Below are positions 19,311 through 29,288 of a stretch of DNA of 64,000 nt, piece after piece. Under the pieces are notes generated by a model. The model saw only the letters and a list, made by a program, of their open reading frames with translations. It was not told the origin of the DNA and did not search any database. Position 1 is the stretch's first letter. Each line of letters begins with the position of its first letter. The translations under genes were made by a program, and so were the position numbers. The DNA is from Spirochaetia bacterium (GTDB lineage Bacteria; Spirochaetota; Spirochaetia; DSM-2461): positions 192,001 to 256,000 of the forward strand of contig OY764216.1 of the NCBI GenBank assembly GCA_963668315.1, in the 5' to 3' direction.

Positions 19311-20522
19311 ATGGAAGGAAGAAAAATCAGAGAGTCGGGCTTCAGAGAAGCCGTGCTAATGGATAACGATCAGATCCGCGTCGTCATCGATGCCGAAAAG
19401 GGCATGGTTCCCGAGTTGAGCATGCCCCGGGGAACAGGCCGTCTCAACGCCCATTGGCAGCCCTGGTTCAGAGCCAATTCGGGAGACCCCTGGGATGAAG
19501 CGAAACATGCCCCCTTCTGGGGAGCTCCCCTTCTCTACGACATAGGGGGCAATTTCCCCTGCGTTCCCAACTTCGGCCCGGGCAACAGAGCCGGCAGTTA
19601 CGACCTGCCCCCCCACGGCCATACGGCCCGGCTCGCCTGGAGCCAGGAGCCCCCGGCAGTCACCGATGATGAAATCAGCCTTGTCAGCACCCTGGAACCC
19701 GGGGATCACCCTTTCCGCTATACCAAAAAAGATCTTCTGATCAAAAACCATCCCGTTCACTACACCGCCCTGACCATAGAAAATCGGGGAGATGCTCCCC
19801 TGCCCTACAACTGCGGATGGCACAATACGGTGGGGGCCCCTTTTCTGGAAACGGGCTGCCTGATTGACAATAACGCCCGTGCCTTCGCCGTACCGGACAG
19901 GGGAACGGAATTCGATGAAACGGGCCGGCTCGCCTTCGGAGGTGAATCGGATTCTATGGAGCGCATGCCGACCCGGGACGGGGGTTATGCCGATATGCAT
20001 CGGGTGGAAGGAATCACCGGCTATACCGATTTTATTACCGGGGCGGTACCGGCAGATTCTCCTCTCGGATGGAGCAGCCTGGTCAATCCACGACTCAGGG
20101 CCGTCTATCTGACGTTCTTTACCGGTCCCGCCTCAATAGGGGAGGAGGAGATTCCCCTTTACTTTTATGACTACTGGCTGAACTATGGCGGCCGCTCCTA
20201 TACGCCCTGGGCGGCGGAGAAGGGACTGACCGACCAGACATTCTGCCTGGGAACGGAGAACAGCACAGGCTGCTTTGCCAACGGATTATCCCATTGCCTG
20301 AAGTCACCCGCGCTTCTGGGACATCCCACGTACCTGACTCTGAGAGGAAAGGAAAAGAAAACCCTTTACTACGGAACCCTGTTCGCATCCTATGATACGG
20401 ACGTACTTGACAGGGGCGTGGCCGATGTGACCTCCGACGGGAGAGACCTTCTGATCAGGGGAAAATCAGGAGGTACCCTGGCGATATCGTGCGATACGCC
20501 CTTCTCCCGTCTGGGCCGTTAA
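19311..20522 (+). CDS. Hypothetical protein, possible galactose-mutarotase/aldose-epimerase-like fold
   Basis: Long ORF with LPPHG and GWHNT histidine motifs; TATAAT ends 6 nt before ATG 19311. Confidence 0.5.
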   Translation: MEGRKIRESGFREAVLMDNDQIRVVIDAEKGMVPELSMPRGTGRLNAHWQPWFRANSGDPWDEAKHAPFWGAPLLYDIGGNFPCVPNFGPGNRAGSYDLPPHGHTARLAWSQEPPAVTDDEISLVSTLEPGDHPFRYTKKDLLIKNHPVHYTALTIENRGDAPLPYNCGWHNTVGAPFLETGCLIDNNARAFAVPDRGTEFDETGRLAFGGESDSMERMPTRDGGYADMHRVEGITGYTDFITGAVPADSPLGWSSLVNPRLRAVYLTFFTGPASIGEEEIPLYFYDYWLNYGGRSYTPWAAEKGLTDQTFCLGTENSTGCFANGLSHCLKSPALLGHPTYLTLRGKEKKTLYYGTLFASYDTDVLDRGVADVTSDGRDLLIRGKSGGTLAISCDTPFSRLGR

Positions 20523-22537
20523 AATATGTCGTCTCCTATGTACAGAACATAACCGTTCAAATCGATATTCTCCCCGCCTCCCGCAAGGGAGGAGATATGG
20601 GAATCGCCCGTTAAAATCCAGCGGCTGCTCCCATCCAGAGAGACGGATACTATCCCATCCTCCCCTTCTCCGTTCACAACTCCCCGGAAGATGGTTCCTT
20701 CGGAAAGGACCATCTCCAGAGTGGAAATTCCGTCGACCATAATGCTTCCGCCCATAGGCTGATCAACAGCGAGGAGATGACAATCCCCGCCGTTCTCTCC
20801 GGCGACACCCCAGCCGTTACGGGCATCATTGCCGGCAACCTTGAGAAGAACATCATCGGACAGAGTAAGCTCCACATTCTCCAGGGTGATATCGCACGCC
20901 GTATTGGTTACGTAGATCATATCACCGTTGTGAGACGTCAGGCTGCCTCCCTTCATAGTAAATGAGCTGCGTCCCGTCTCCGCATCGCCGGACATACTCT
21001 GATAAATCATGACGTTCTGATAATTTTCCACGTTCTGCTTCTGCATATTCCCCTGGGCATCACAATCGATTACCCTCAGGGAATTCTTTCCTTCCACCAC
21101 AAAAGCTTCCGATGATGTCGCCGTCAAATCGGCCCCTTCCACGGTAATAGCGGCGGTACAGTAAACGGCGGGAGAACCTTCGCCATGAGCCTTATAAGTT
21201 CCCTCTTTTACGGTCAGCGTTCCGCCTCCCCGATCCGTACGAAGCGCGGCGGAGGAGCGGCCCTGTGTCTCCACATCGCAGTTATCCACCGTCATGGCTC
21301 CGCCGCCGGTTACCATGACACCCCCCGAATTATTCCCGCTCGTCCTGATGACAGACTGAGTCAGGGTCACATCCGTGCCTTCCCCGTAGGAGAAAACGCC
21401 GTTTCCCCCGTCGGCCGTACTATCAACAGTAATATGACTCAAGGTCACCCCGGCCCCGTTCAAAGCCAGAAAAGCGGCATTACTCCCGTAGAAATTGCTC
21501 GAATCTCCCGCGGCTGCGTCTCCCCCGTTTTTTTCAATGGTTATATCCTTAAGAAGCAGCCCGGTTTCACCATCCACACGGACCGCATTTTCCTGATCTC
21601 CCGCTGAAATGAAAACTTCTCCGGTAATATCGGTATCCGCCGTATACGCGGCCGATCCATGATCCACGCCGTTCCCGGAACCGCCGGGACCGCCCATCAT
21701 GCCGGGAGCTCCCCCCGGGCCGCCGCCGGGGCCGCCAATCATGCCGGGGCCTCCCCCGATAAAGGAGAGCTTGTAGAGAATAGAAACAATCTCTGTCCGG
21801 GTCATCTCCCGGTCCGGAGAAAAGAGCCCCTCTCCGTCAGGCTCAAAGAATCCCATACGGCTTAAGGTTCCCACGGCCGTCTGCCCCTCTTCACTCATGG
21901 TATCTCCATCGGTATAAGCCGAAACATCATGGGAAACCATTTCACCGGGCATTCCATTGGCAAGCTCGCTGCGATAAATCCACAACGCCGCCTGTTCCCT
22001 GGTCACCCCTTCATCGGCGGTAAAGTACTTGGTATCCTCAAACACACCGGAGGCTTTTCCCCTCATGACCGCCTGATAATAATACTCAGTTGTCGGAACA
22101 TCCCCGTAACTGAATCCTTCGGCGGGATACCGGTATTTGCCGTAAAGCATGAAGGCCAATTCCCCTCTCGTCAGAATATCCTCAGGGCGGAAAAGGCCGG
22201 AGCCATCGGGATCGGCAAGCAGTCCCTTTTCATAAAGGTAATCCACATAGGCATTGATAGAGACGGTGGATTCATCCAGATCACCGAAATGTACCGAGTG
22301 GCTCTGCCGTTCCAGATCGGCGGCATCCATTCCCATAGGCATGCCCTGGGGAGGGTTTCCCCGGGGGGGAGCGCCTTCCGGCCGGCCCATCGGTCCGTTC
22401 CCGGGACCGGGAGTCACGTCTGTACTGTTGACAGAACCGGTACTATCCTCGGATTTTCCACTGGCCGTCAGAGGGAAAATCGCCGAAAAAGTCAGTAAGA
22501 ACAGGATCAGTCCCTTATAGGTACGGGAACTATTCAT
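20519..22537 (-). CDS. Secreted protein with S-layer homology (SLH) domains and a C-terminal beta-helix-like region
   Basis: Signal peptide; SLH-like motifs FRPEDILTRGE, VTREQAA, FSPDREMTRTE; Gly/Pro/Met linkers; repetitive beta-helix-like C-half. Confidence 0.7.
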   Translation of the reverse strand: MNSSRTYKGLILFLLTFSAIFPLTASGKSEDSTGSVNSTDVTPGPGNGPMGRPEGAPPRGNPPQGMPMGMDAADLERQSHSVHFGDLDESTVSINAYVDYLYEKGLLADPDGSGLFRPEDILTRGELAFMLYGKYRYPAEGFSYGDVPTTEYYYQAVMRGKASGVFEDTKYFTADEGVTREQAALWIYRSELANGMPGEMVSHDVSAYTDGDTMSEEGQTAVGTLSRMGFFEPDGEGLFSPDREMTRTEIVSILYKLSFIGGGPGMIGGPGGGPGGAPGMMGGPGGSGNGVDHGSAAYTADTDITGEVFISAGDQENAVRVDGETGLLLKDITIEKNGGDAAAGDSSNFYGSNAAFLALNGAGVTLSHITVDSTADGGNGVFSYGEGTDVTLTQSVIRTSGNNSGGVMVTGGGAMTVDNCDVETQGRSSAALRTDRGGGTLTVKEGTYKAHGEGSPAVYCTAAITVEGADLTATSSEAFVVEGKNSLRVIDCDAQGNMQKQNVENYQNVMIYQSMSGDAETGRSSFTMKGGSLTSHNGDMIYVTNTACDITLENVELTLSDDVLLKVAGNDARNGWGVAGENGGDCHLLAVDQPMGGSIMVDGISTLEMVLSEGTIFRGVVNGEGEDGIVSVSLDGSSRWILTGDSHISSLAGGGENIDLNGYVLYIGDDIF

Positions 22538-22677
22538 ATGTTTATAACCTCGCTTCTGAATTCATTAGTCTTGCGTTTATAAGATAGGGAAACAAGGGGG
22601 ACAGAGGATTAATACAAAGTTAAAGAAATGTAAAAAATGTCAAATGTCCCTCTTCGTGCTCCCGAAGATCAGGCCGG

Positions 22678-24354
22678 TCACCGGATATTATGATCATTCC
22701 CCCCGGAACCAACCGTCGTAACCGCAGAATTCACAGTAAAATCGTCCTGTTCGGAGCCATCTGAATAGGCAAGATTCTCCAGACACAGCCCATAAAAATC
22801 ATTATCGCCGCTGCCGGTGCCCCCGGTGTAGACGATATATGTCGATCCCGTTTCAATTCCGGGAGAGGAGAGAATCATCTTGCTGTAATCGGAGGGGATG
22901 GAATAGACAAATACCCTATCTCCCCCGCTCGAAACTATTCCCAGAACATCATCAGCCGCACCGCTGCCCAGGAGTACCACATTCTGGGTACAGGAAGAAG
23001 ACGTCGGTGTACTGTACGATCCGCCTATTCCTACAAATGTCCCGCCCGAAACAGCAAAGGTATTCTGATCACAGTCAAAGGACCCCTCCGGAGACGATGC
23101 GCCGACGGCAACAATCACCCCTCCGTTAATCGTCAAAGTCCCGTTGGAATCGACCGCATCATTCTCCGAACTGACGGCATAGATATATCCATCATTGATT
23201 TCGATGGACTCCCCCGCGTTAAGGCAGTCGTCGGCCGTCCGGATGGTAAGGTAACCATCATTAATCTCCACAAAGGATTTTCCTTCGATCCCCTCAGGGC
23301 TGCAGCTTTCTCCTGTGGAGTACTCATAGGGCGTCCCGGTGGTGACAACCGAGATGATGCCGTTATTTATCTGCACATAAGGATCGGGATCATCGGCAGT
23401 ATCAGCGGTCTCGCAGTCATCTTCCACATCCCAGGAAGCGGTCATTCCCTTACTGACCGATGTGATATCCAGAGTTCCCCCGTTGATAACGATAAAACCT
23501 TCTCCCGGATTATCCTCGGACCCTTCCACTTTAATGCCTTTGCTCTCGTCATCGGACACATTGCCGACAGCATTGATGGCCAGAGTCCCGTCGTCAAAGA
23601 TGAAACCGTTTTTCGAGCGGATCCCATCCCGCGCCGTTACGTTGACATTCAGAGTTCCTTCCCTGATGCGGATATAATCCTTTGAGTAAATCCCATGCTT
23701 ATAGCCGCCCTCGACAGTCAGCTCTCCCCCTCCCGAAAAAACAAGAGGACCTGCTCCGTATAAGGAAGCTTTCATATCCATTTCATCAGATCTGTCTTCG
23801 TCATCGGACAGAACATTCTCCGAACCGTCGGCAGTCACAATGAACGTCTTCTCAGAAGAGGCAATATCCAGAGCGGGTCCGGAGAGGCCGTTGATCGTCA
23901 CGTCCTTCAGATATAGTTCGCAGGGAGTATCACTTTCAATGATCAGCGAATCATCCAGTGTTCCCGTCAAGGTATACCGAATCCTTCCGGAAACGGATGA
24001 AGCAACGTCCACACCGTTATCCGTCCAGGACACCGTCAGGGTACCTGCCTCATCGGTCAGAAGGGAAACAACCGCAGAACTCAATGCCTGGGGCTGGCCG
24101 GAATCAATCTGCACAGATCCATTCGTAAAATCCAGCATGACATCATAATCAAAGCTGATATTGGATACGATATCAGCCTCATCATAGGTATCAGCCTCTT
24201 CCGCTACGGACACCGCATAGATCTGGGTATCGATGGTGCTGCTTCCGCCGCTTCCCGAATCGTTCCCCGCGGAAGAGGAATAATCCCCCGCCGTACACCC
24301 GGTCAGAAAACAGTATGCCAGAATCATGGGAATGGATATTGGTAGATTTTTCAT
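22678..24354 (-). CDS. Cthe_2159/DUF4353-type carbohydrate-binding beta-helix lipoprotein
   Basis: Lipobox FLTGC; motifs KHGIYSKDY, DGIRSK, EGIEGK, DDCLNAG, DAVDSNG. Confidence 0.8.
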   Translation of the reverse strand: MKNLPISIPMILAYCFLTGCTAGDYSSSAGNDSGSGGSSTIDTQIYAVSVAEEADTYDEADIVSNISFDYDVMLDFTNGSVQIDSGQPQALSSAVVSLLTDEAGTLTVSWTDNGVDVASSVSGRIRYTLTGTLDDSLIIESDTPCELYLKDVTINGLSGPALDIASSEKTFIVTADGSENVLSDDEDRSDEMDMKASLYGAGPLVFSGGGELTVEGGYKHGIYSKDYIRIREGTLNVNVTARDGIRSKNGFIFDDGTLAINAVGNVSDDESKGIKVEGSEDNPGEGFIVINGGTLDITSVSKGMTASWDVEDDCETADTADDPDPYVQINNGIISVVTTGTPYEYSTGESCSPEGIEGKSFVEINDGYLTIRTADDCLNAGESIEINDGYIYAVSSENDAVDSNGTLTINGGVIVAVGASSPEGSFDCDQNTFAVSGGTFVGIGGSYSTPTSSSCTQNVVLLGSGAADDVLGIVSSGGDRVFVYSIPSDYSKMILSSPGIETGSTYIVYTGGTGSGDNDFYGLCLENLAYSDGSEQDDFTVNSAVTTVGSGGNDHNIR

Positions 24355-24440
24355 TATATTCCTCCGGAAGAAGAATATAACCCGCCTGTGTGTCCGGCGG
24401 GTGAACAAGGGGGGAATTGTGGGAAAACTGTCAGCCCCTA

Positions 24441-26120
24441 TTATCCGAGCTTCTTGAAGAGGTCCTCTGCCCGCTTAATAGCCTGATAGGTCGACTGGTG
24501 GAGCTGCATGCCGGAGAAGAACAGATCCTCGTCTTTGACGCCTTCCAGAAGACCGGACTCGATAAGGATCTCGCCCATGCCCTGGGAAATCCCGCAGAAC
24601 AGGACATGCCCTCCCCGGGCCCGGATTCCCTTCAGAAAGCGCCTCAGGACCTCCACGCAGGTCAGGTCGATGCTGCTCACCCTTTTAAACCGAATGACGA
24701 AGACCCGGCTTTTTTCGGAAAGGCGGCTCAGCTTCATCTCCAGATCCCCGGAGTTGCCGAAGAAGAGGATTCCCTCCAGCTGAACCACAAGGTAGGGTTC
24801 ATAAGACCGGGCATCCCTCAGCCTCTTCTCCTCGAGATTTCCTTCCTTCTCCTTCAGAATCCTGACCTGAGCTTCGCTGGAGCTCCGGAAATAGACGATA
24901 AAAGAGCTGATAACTCCCAGATAGATAGCCCAGTTGAGGCTGGGAAGGAAGATCGTCCCCAGCAGAGTGACAATCGCGACAATTCCCTCTGCCCGGGAAA
25001 GGGCGAAGGCTTTCTTCACCTCTTTGACTTTAAGCAGATTAATAGCGGTCATCATAATCAGAGTCGCCAGGGTGGCCGATGGGATCCAACGGGCGAAACG
25101 TCCGAAGAAAAGAAAAATCAGAGCCGTGAAAACACCTATGAGAATGCCGCTTATCCGGCTTTTGGCTCCCGAATAGTAATTCAGAAAACTCTGGGTGAAA
25201 GATCCCCCCGCGGGAAGGCACTGGAACTGGGCTCCCGCCATATTCAAAATCCCCTGGGAGATAAATTCTCTGTTGGCATTGATTTTATCTCCCGATTCCT
25301 GGGCCAGGGAGCGGGCAATGGAGGAGGATTGAACAAGGCCGATGATCGCAACAGCCAGAGCATCGGAAGAAACATGTCCCATAAGCTTAAGGCTCAGGGG
25401 GATCGGACGGAAAGCGGGAAGCCCCTGGGGTATATCCCCTGTCAGAGAGACGCCCCTTCCCTCCAGAGAAAAGAGGGCGCATAATCCCCCGGTTATCAGT
25501 ATGGCGATAAGAGGACCGGGAAGAAGCTTATTGATACGCCGGGCGATAAAAACGACGGCGAGGGTCAGCAGGGTCAGTCCCAGGGCATAGGGATTCATCT
25601 CCCCCAGGTGGGTCAGGGTGAAATAAACTTTATCCACCGGCGAGTGATTTCCCTCGGGCAGGGCCATCCCCAGAATCTTATAGAACTGCCCCATGGCGAT
25701 AAGGAGACCGGCGCCGGTCATGAAGCCCACCATGACGGAGTGGGAGATATAATTAACCACTTGCCCCAGCCGCAGAAGACCGCTCAGAGCCTGAATGCAC
25801 CCGGCGGTGAACGTAATGAGAAAAAGCATCGAAAGGGGGTCATCCACCCCGGCATGGGCCGCGAGGATACCCGCGGTCAGCACGCAGAGGGCATTGGTCG
25901 GACCGTTATACATGTAATTGGAGCTTCCCAGGAGGGAACCGAGAATCACGGGGATGATAGCCGTATACAAGCCGTAGACCGGATTGAGTCCGGCTATCAT
26001 GGCAAAAGCCATGGACTGGGGAATGGCCACAACCGCGACGGTAATCGCCGCTTTGGCGTCCTCCCCCAGCAGAAGGGTGCTGTAATTCTGAAGATGAAAA
26101 AACTTCAATACCCTGTTCAT
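24441..26120 (-). CDS. SulP family anion transporter with STAS domain
   Basis: AIPQSMAFAMIAGLNPVYGLY N-terminal motif; STAS LFFGN...SSIDLT. Confidence 0.92.
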   Translation of the reverse strand: MNRVLKFFHLQNYSTLLLGEDAKAAITVAVVAIPQSMAFAMIAGLNPVYGLYTAIIPVILGSLLGSSNYMYNGPTNALCVLTAGILAAHAGVDDPLSMLFLITFTAGCIQALSGLLRLGQVVNYISHSVMVGFMTGAGLLIAMGQFYKILGMALPEGNHSPVDKVYFTLTHLGEMNPYALGLTLLTLAVVFIARRINKLLPGPLIAILITGGLCALFSLEGRGVSLTGDIPQGLPAFRPIPLSLKLMGHVSSDALAVAIIGLVQSSSIARSLAQESGDKINANREFISQGILNMAGAQFQCLPAGGSFTQSFLNYYSGAKSRISGILIGVFTALIFLFFGRFARWIPSATLATLIMMTAINLLKVKEVKKAFALSRAEGIVAIVTLLGTIFLPSLNWAIYLGVISSFIVYFRSSSEAQVRILKEKEGNLEEKRLRDARSYEPYLVVQLEGILFFGNSGDLEMKLSRLSEKSRVFVIRFKRVSSIDLTCVEVLRRFLKGIRARGGHVLFCGISQGMGEILIESGLLEGVKDEDLFFSGMQLHQSTYQAIKRAEDLFKKLG

Positions 26121-26154
26121 ATCGTCTTAGTATAGATCGTATGACAAAGGGAGA

Positions 26155-26430
26155 TCAAGAACGGATTTTCAATGCTTTCTGATGCAGAAGGGAATCGACA
26201 ACCTTTTTTCGGCCCGAAGCGAGGAGCCGCTGAACCGTTCCCCGGGAGATTCCCATCGCCTCGGCCGCCTCGATCTGGCTCAGACCGTCATAGTCGCAGA
26301 GGCGCAGGGCTTCGAACTCATCGAGCATAAGTTCCTCGATCTGCAGTTCGCAGGCGGGAATTCCGGAGGGCTTGAAAAAACGGCCCTCCTCTAAACGGCG
26401 GCAGTTTCTCTGTTTATGTCGTCGTGGCAT
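26155..26430 (-). CDS. DUF134 family HTH protein
   Basis: MPR..K.R.C, FKPSG, DEFEALRLCDYDGLSQIEAAEAMGISRGT. Confidence 0.9.
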   Translation of the reverse strand: MPRRHKQRNCRRLEEGRFFKPSGIPACELQIEELMLDEFEALRLCDYDGLSQIEAAEAMGISRGTVQRLLASGRKKVVDSLLHQKALKIRS

Positions 26431-26433
26431 ACA

Positions 26434-27318
26434 CTAATGATTATAGGTGATTTTCTCTATCTTCTCAACCAGGTTCTCCCAGAACCGTACTTCGGGAAAA
26501 TCGGGCAGAGCCAGAGACGGGATCTCTCTTCTGTTGACCGCCCGCCTCACATCATCGGACAGGGGGATTTCGCCCAACAGGGGAATGTCATTCTCCCGGG
26601 CGAATTCCCGGATGGCTCCGCCCAGATCATGTTCCAGTCCGGCTTTATTTATCAGAACCGCCGTTCTCACACGGATTTTCCCCGCCGTTTCCCAGACCCT
26701 CTTCATATCGTGAAAACCGGAAAGTGTTGGTTCAGCCACAATCAGGGCCAGATCAGCCCCGGTGATGGAAGAGATGACATTGCAGGCCACCCCCGGAGGG
26801 CCGTCTATCAGTACCGTATTGCATCCGTCCGCCTCAGCCCTCTCCCTGGCTCGCTGCCGGACAAGAGAAACCAGCCGTCCGGACACCTCTTCCCCGGGGA
26901 CAAGGCGGGCATGTACCATGGGACCGTGGAGCGTCTCCGACTCATATAGATCCCCCGTCACCCACTCCTTGAGAGAGAGGGCATCCGCAGAACAGACGAG
27001 GGTACAGACCTTGCAGCCCTCACATTTCACCGGATCAATCTCTGCCTGACCACCTCTTAACTTTACGGCGGAAAAACGGCAGACCGAGAGACACGTCCCG
27101 CATCCGGTACATCTCGTCCCATCCGCGACCGCTTTACGGGAAGCCGAAACGGTTTCCTTCCTCGTGATCTGCGGCTCCAGAAGAATATCAAGATCGGGCG
27201 CATCCACATCGCAGTCAGCAAGAAGAGTATCCCTGAAATAGGGAATCAGAGAAGCGGTAACCGAGGTTTTTCCCGTTCCTCCCTTTCCGGAAATGACAAC
27301 AATCTCCCTAAGAGCCAT
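26434..27318 (-). CDS. MinD-superfamily P-loop ATPase with inserted 4Fe-4S ferredoxin domain
   Basis: SGKGGTGKT, DCDVDAPDL, two CxxCxxCxxxC motifs, DGPPG; RBS GGAGG. Confidence 0.9.
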   Translation of the reverse strand: MALREIVVISGKGGTGKTSVTASLIPYFRDTLLADCDVDAPDLDILLEPQITRKETVSASRKAVADGTRCTGCGTCLSVCRFSAVKLRGGQAEIDPVKCEGCKVCTLVCSADALSLKEWVTGDLYESETLHGPMVHARLVPGEEVSGRLVSLVRQRARERAEADGCNTVLIDGPPGVACNVISSITGADLALIVAEPTLSGFHDMKRVWETAGKIRVRTAVLINKAGLEHDLGGAIREFARENDIPLLGEIPLSDDVRRAVNRREIPSLALPDFPEVRFWENLVEKIEKITYNH

Positions 27319-28162
27319 AGGACAGTCCTCCCTGAGCCAGCAGACGGCTCCACAAATCGGCAAAAATCACCCCAGCCTCTTCATGCTTTTCCGCAAGCAG
27401 CAAACCTTCCACCAGAGTACCGGCGTACTTTCGTGAAAAAGGCAGTTTCCCCAGAATCGGCAGTCCCCTATCCCGGCAGTAAGCAAGGAGCTCCTCTTCA
27501 TTTTCGCCTGCCTTATTAATAAAGACACCCGAAGGGACCGAAAGTTTATCCAGCATCTCTACGACCATTTTCATATCGCTCAGGGCAAAAGGGGTCGGTT
27601 CTGTCACGATGAGAGCATAATCGGCGCCCTCCGCCGCCTTTACGGCCGAACAGGCGCAGCCGGGAGGTGCATCAATAATCCGATGGGACCCATTCCCCCT
27701 TTCGCTCAATACACTATCGATAATCTTCTCCGCCGAAAACTCTCCTGTATCAAGAAGACCGTCAATAAATAACTGACCGTTTCCGCGGAGAAATCGCCCG
27801 ACCCGGCCAATTTCTCTTTTCTCAAAGCGAATCGCCTTTTCGGGGCAGACAAGGGCGCATCCTCCGCAGTCATGGCAAAGCTCCGCCATGACGAGGTTGG
27901 TTTTCTCCGTACTCAAGAGGGCGTTGAACTGACAAAAGCGGGCGCAGGCGCCGCAATGGGTACAGAGTTCTTCATCAATCCGGGGGAAACCGGTATACAC
28001 GGGTACATCGCGCTTCATGGCGGGAGCCATGAAAAGATGACCGTTCGGTTCTTCCACATCGCAGTCAAGCAAAGCCGCCGCCGATCCGGCTATCACGGCC
28101 AGATTCGTAGAAACGGTGGTTTTTCCCGTCCCCCCTTTACCGCTTAATACTACAATATCCAG
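27308..28162 (-). CDS. MinD-superfamily P-loop ATPase with 4Fe-4S domain; apparent CTG start
   Basis: The frame extends 22 codons upstream of the tracked GTG to include the Walker A SGKGGTGKTT; DCDVEEPN; two ferredoxin motifs. Confidence 0.85.
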   Translation of the reverse strand: MDIVVLSGKGGTGKTTVSTNLAVIAGSAAALLDCDVEEPNGHLFMAPAMKRDVPVYTGFPRIDEELCTHCGACARFCQFNALLSTEKTNLVMAELCHDCGGCALVCPEKAIRFEKREIGRVGRFLRGNGQLFIDGLLDTGEFSAEKIIDSVLSERGNGSHRIIDAPPGCACSAVKAAEGADYALIVTEPTPFALSDMKMVVEMLDKLSVPSGVFINKAGENEEELLAYCRDRGLPILGKLPFSRKYAGTLVEGLLLAEKHEEAGVIFADLWSRLLAQGGLSYGS

Positions 28163-28163
28163 A

Positions 28164-28526
28164 TCAGGCTCTCCTTAATCCGCCCCCCGTCGAGGGGCTC
28201 TTTCGCTCTTCAAGCTTATTTTCTTTATATGAGGAGAGAACCTCCGAAACAGTCCGGGCCTCTCCGATATGGAAAACCCTTATTCCCAGAGGTTCCATGG
28301 CGGCCATGGCCTTGGGCCCCACTTCGGGGGAAAGGACAACGGTAACATCCTCATCGGCCAGAGTCTGAACCGCTTTTACTCCCGCACCGGAAGGGGACGA
28401 GGGAGCTTCGTTCTCCAGAAACGTCTGTTTTCCCTCTCCGTCGATGAGACAGAAAAAAGGGCACCGGCCGAACCGCTCATCAATCTGGGGGTCAGCTTCC
28501 CTGTCCTTAACAGGCACAGCAATCAT
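28164..28526 (-). CDS. NifB/NifX (dinitrogenase FeMo-cofactor-binding-like) family protein
   Basis: IAVP...RFGRCPFF...GAG...VGPKA pattern; RBS GGGAG. Confidence 0.85.
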   Translation of the reverse strand: MIAVPVKDREADPQIDERFGRCPFFCLIDGEGKQTFLENEAPSSPSGAGVKAVQTLADEDVTVVLSPEVGPKAMAAMEPLGIRVFHIGEARTVSEVLSSYKENKLEERKSPSTGGGLRRA

Positions 28527-28527
28527 A

Positions 28528-28851
28528 CTAGCAATCTCCCCTAGCGCCTGCCGGCTTCGTCCAGCCCTCGCCCGCTTCACCCGCACGGTAAAGACCGCCG
28601 GGCCTTCCCTGAACGGCGGCCCTGTTCCCGTATCCGGGCGCTCCGTTCCGGAAGCCCATCCCCCGGCCCGGGCCCATGCCGCGTCCCATTGCCGCGCCGA
28701 AACCACGGCCGGAACCGGCTCCTGCCAGGCCCCGTCCCCTACCTCTTCCACATCCATGCGCCGCTCTGCCGCGGCCTCCGAAGCCGGTATATTCGGGGTT
28801 GGAACACCAGCCCTTTCCATCGTTCATCGGACCTAATCCGTTTCTGTTCAT
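28528..28851 (-). CDS. Gly/Arg-rich small protein (DUF5320-like)
   Basis: G.GPM..G.G.C start and GRGMG repeats; located within the NifX/ATPase cluster; RBS GGAGG. Confidence 0.55.
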   Translation of the reverse strand: MNRNGLGPMNDGKGWCSNPEYTGFGGRGRAAHGCGRGRGRGLAGAGSGRGFGAAMGRGMGPGRGMGFRNGAPGYGNRAAVQGRPGGLYRAGEAGEGWTKPAGARGDC

Positions 28852-28861
28852 ATCATACCTC

Positions 28862-29206
28862 CTAATGGTTATGATCATGCTCGCAGGCGGATCCGGTCGA
28901 TTCCAGATTGCCGCTCAGAAAAACCCGAACGTTCTCATCTATCGAGCCGGAAGCGCCCAGAATTACGTCAATATCGTTCTGCTTGAACAAATTGACAGCC
29001 ATCTGCCCCATTCCGCCGGTAAGGATAACGTCGGCCTTCTTCTCAGCCAGAAACTTGGGCATGACACCCGGTTCATGGGGGGGAGGAGTGACGTAAGTCG
29101 TCTCTTTCACTTCCCCGTTCTCGCAATCGATCAGGGCGAATTCCTTACAGTGACCGAAGTGGGACTCCACATTGATTCTATCGTTGGTGGGTATACCAAT
29201 TCTCAT
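28862..29206 (-). CDS. NifB/NifX family protein
   Basis: HFGHCKEF, PPPHEPG..PKFL, GGMG, C-terminal CEHDHNH. Confidence 0.88.
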   Translation of the reverse strand: MRIGIPTNDRINVESHFGHCKEFALIDCENGEVKETTYVTPPPHEPGVMPKFLAEKKADVILTGGMGQMAVNLFKQNDIDVILGASGSIDENVRVFLSGNLESTGSACEHDHNH

Positions 29207-29288
29207 TTTTTTCTCCTTTCGACACTCGGAAAGCTCCGGCATCCGGCCGGTCCCGGGGTCTTATCATGTTGGGGCACAAAAAACATTT

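Noticed and set aside
28164..28820. 218-aa fusion ORF
   Set aside because: The N-terminal part overlaps the Gly/Arg-rich gene in another frame; the NifX-like domain has its own RBS and ATG at 28526.
28164..29206. Nitrogen-fixation locus
   Set aside because: NifX-like domains occur widely outside nif clusters; no nifHDK/ENB genes here.
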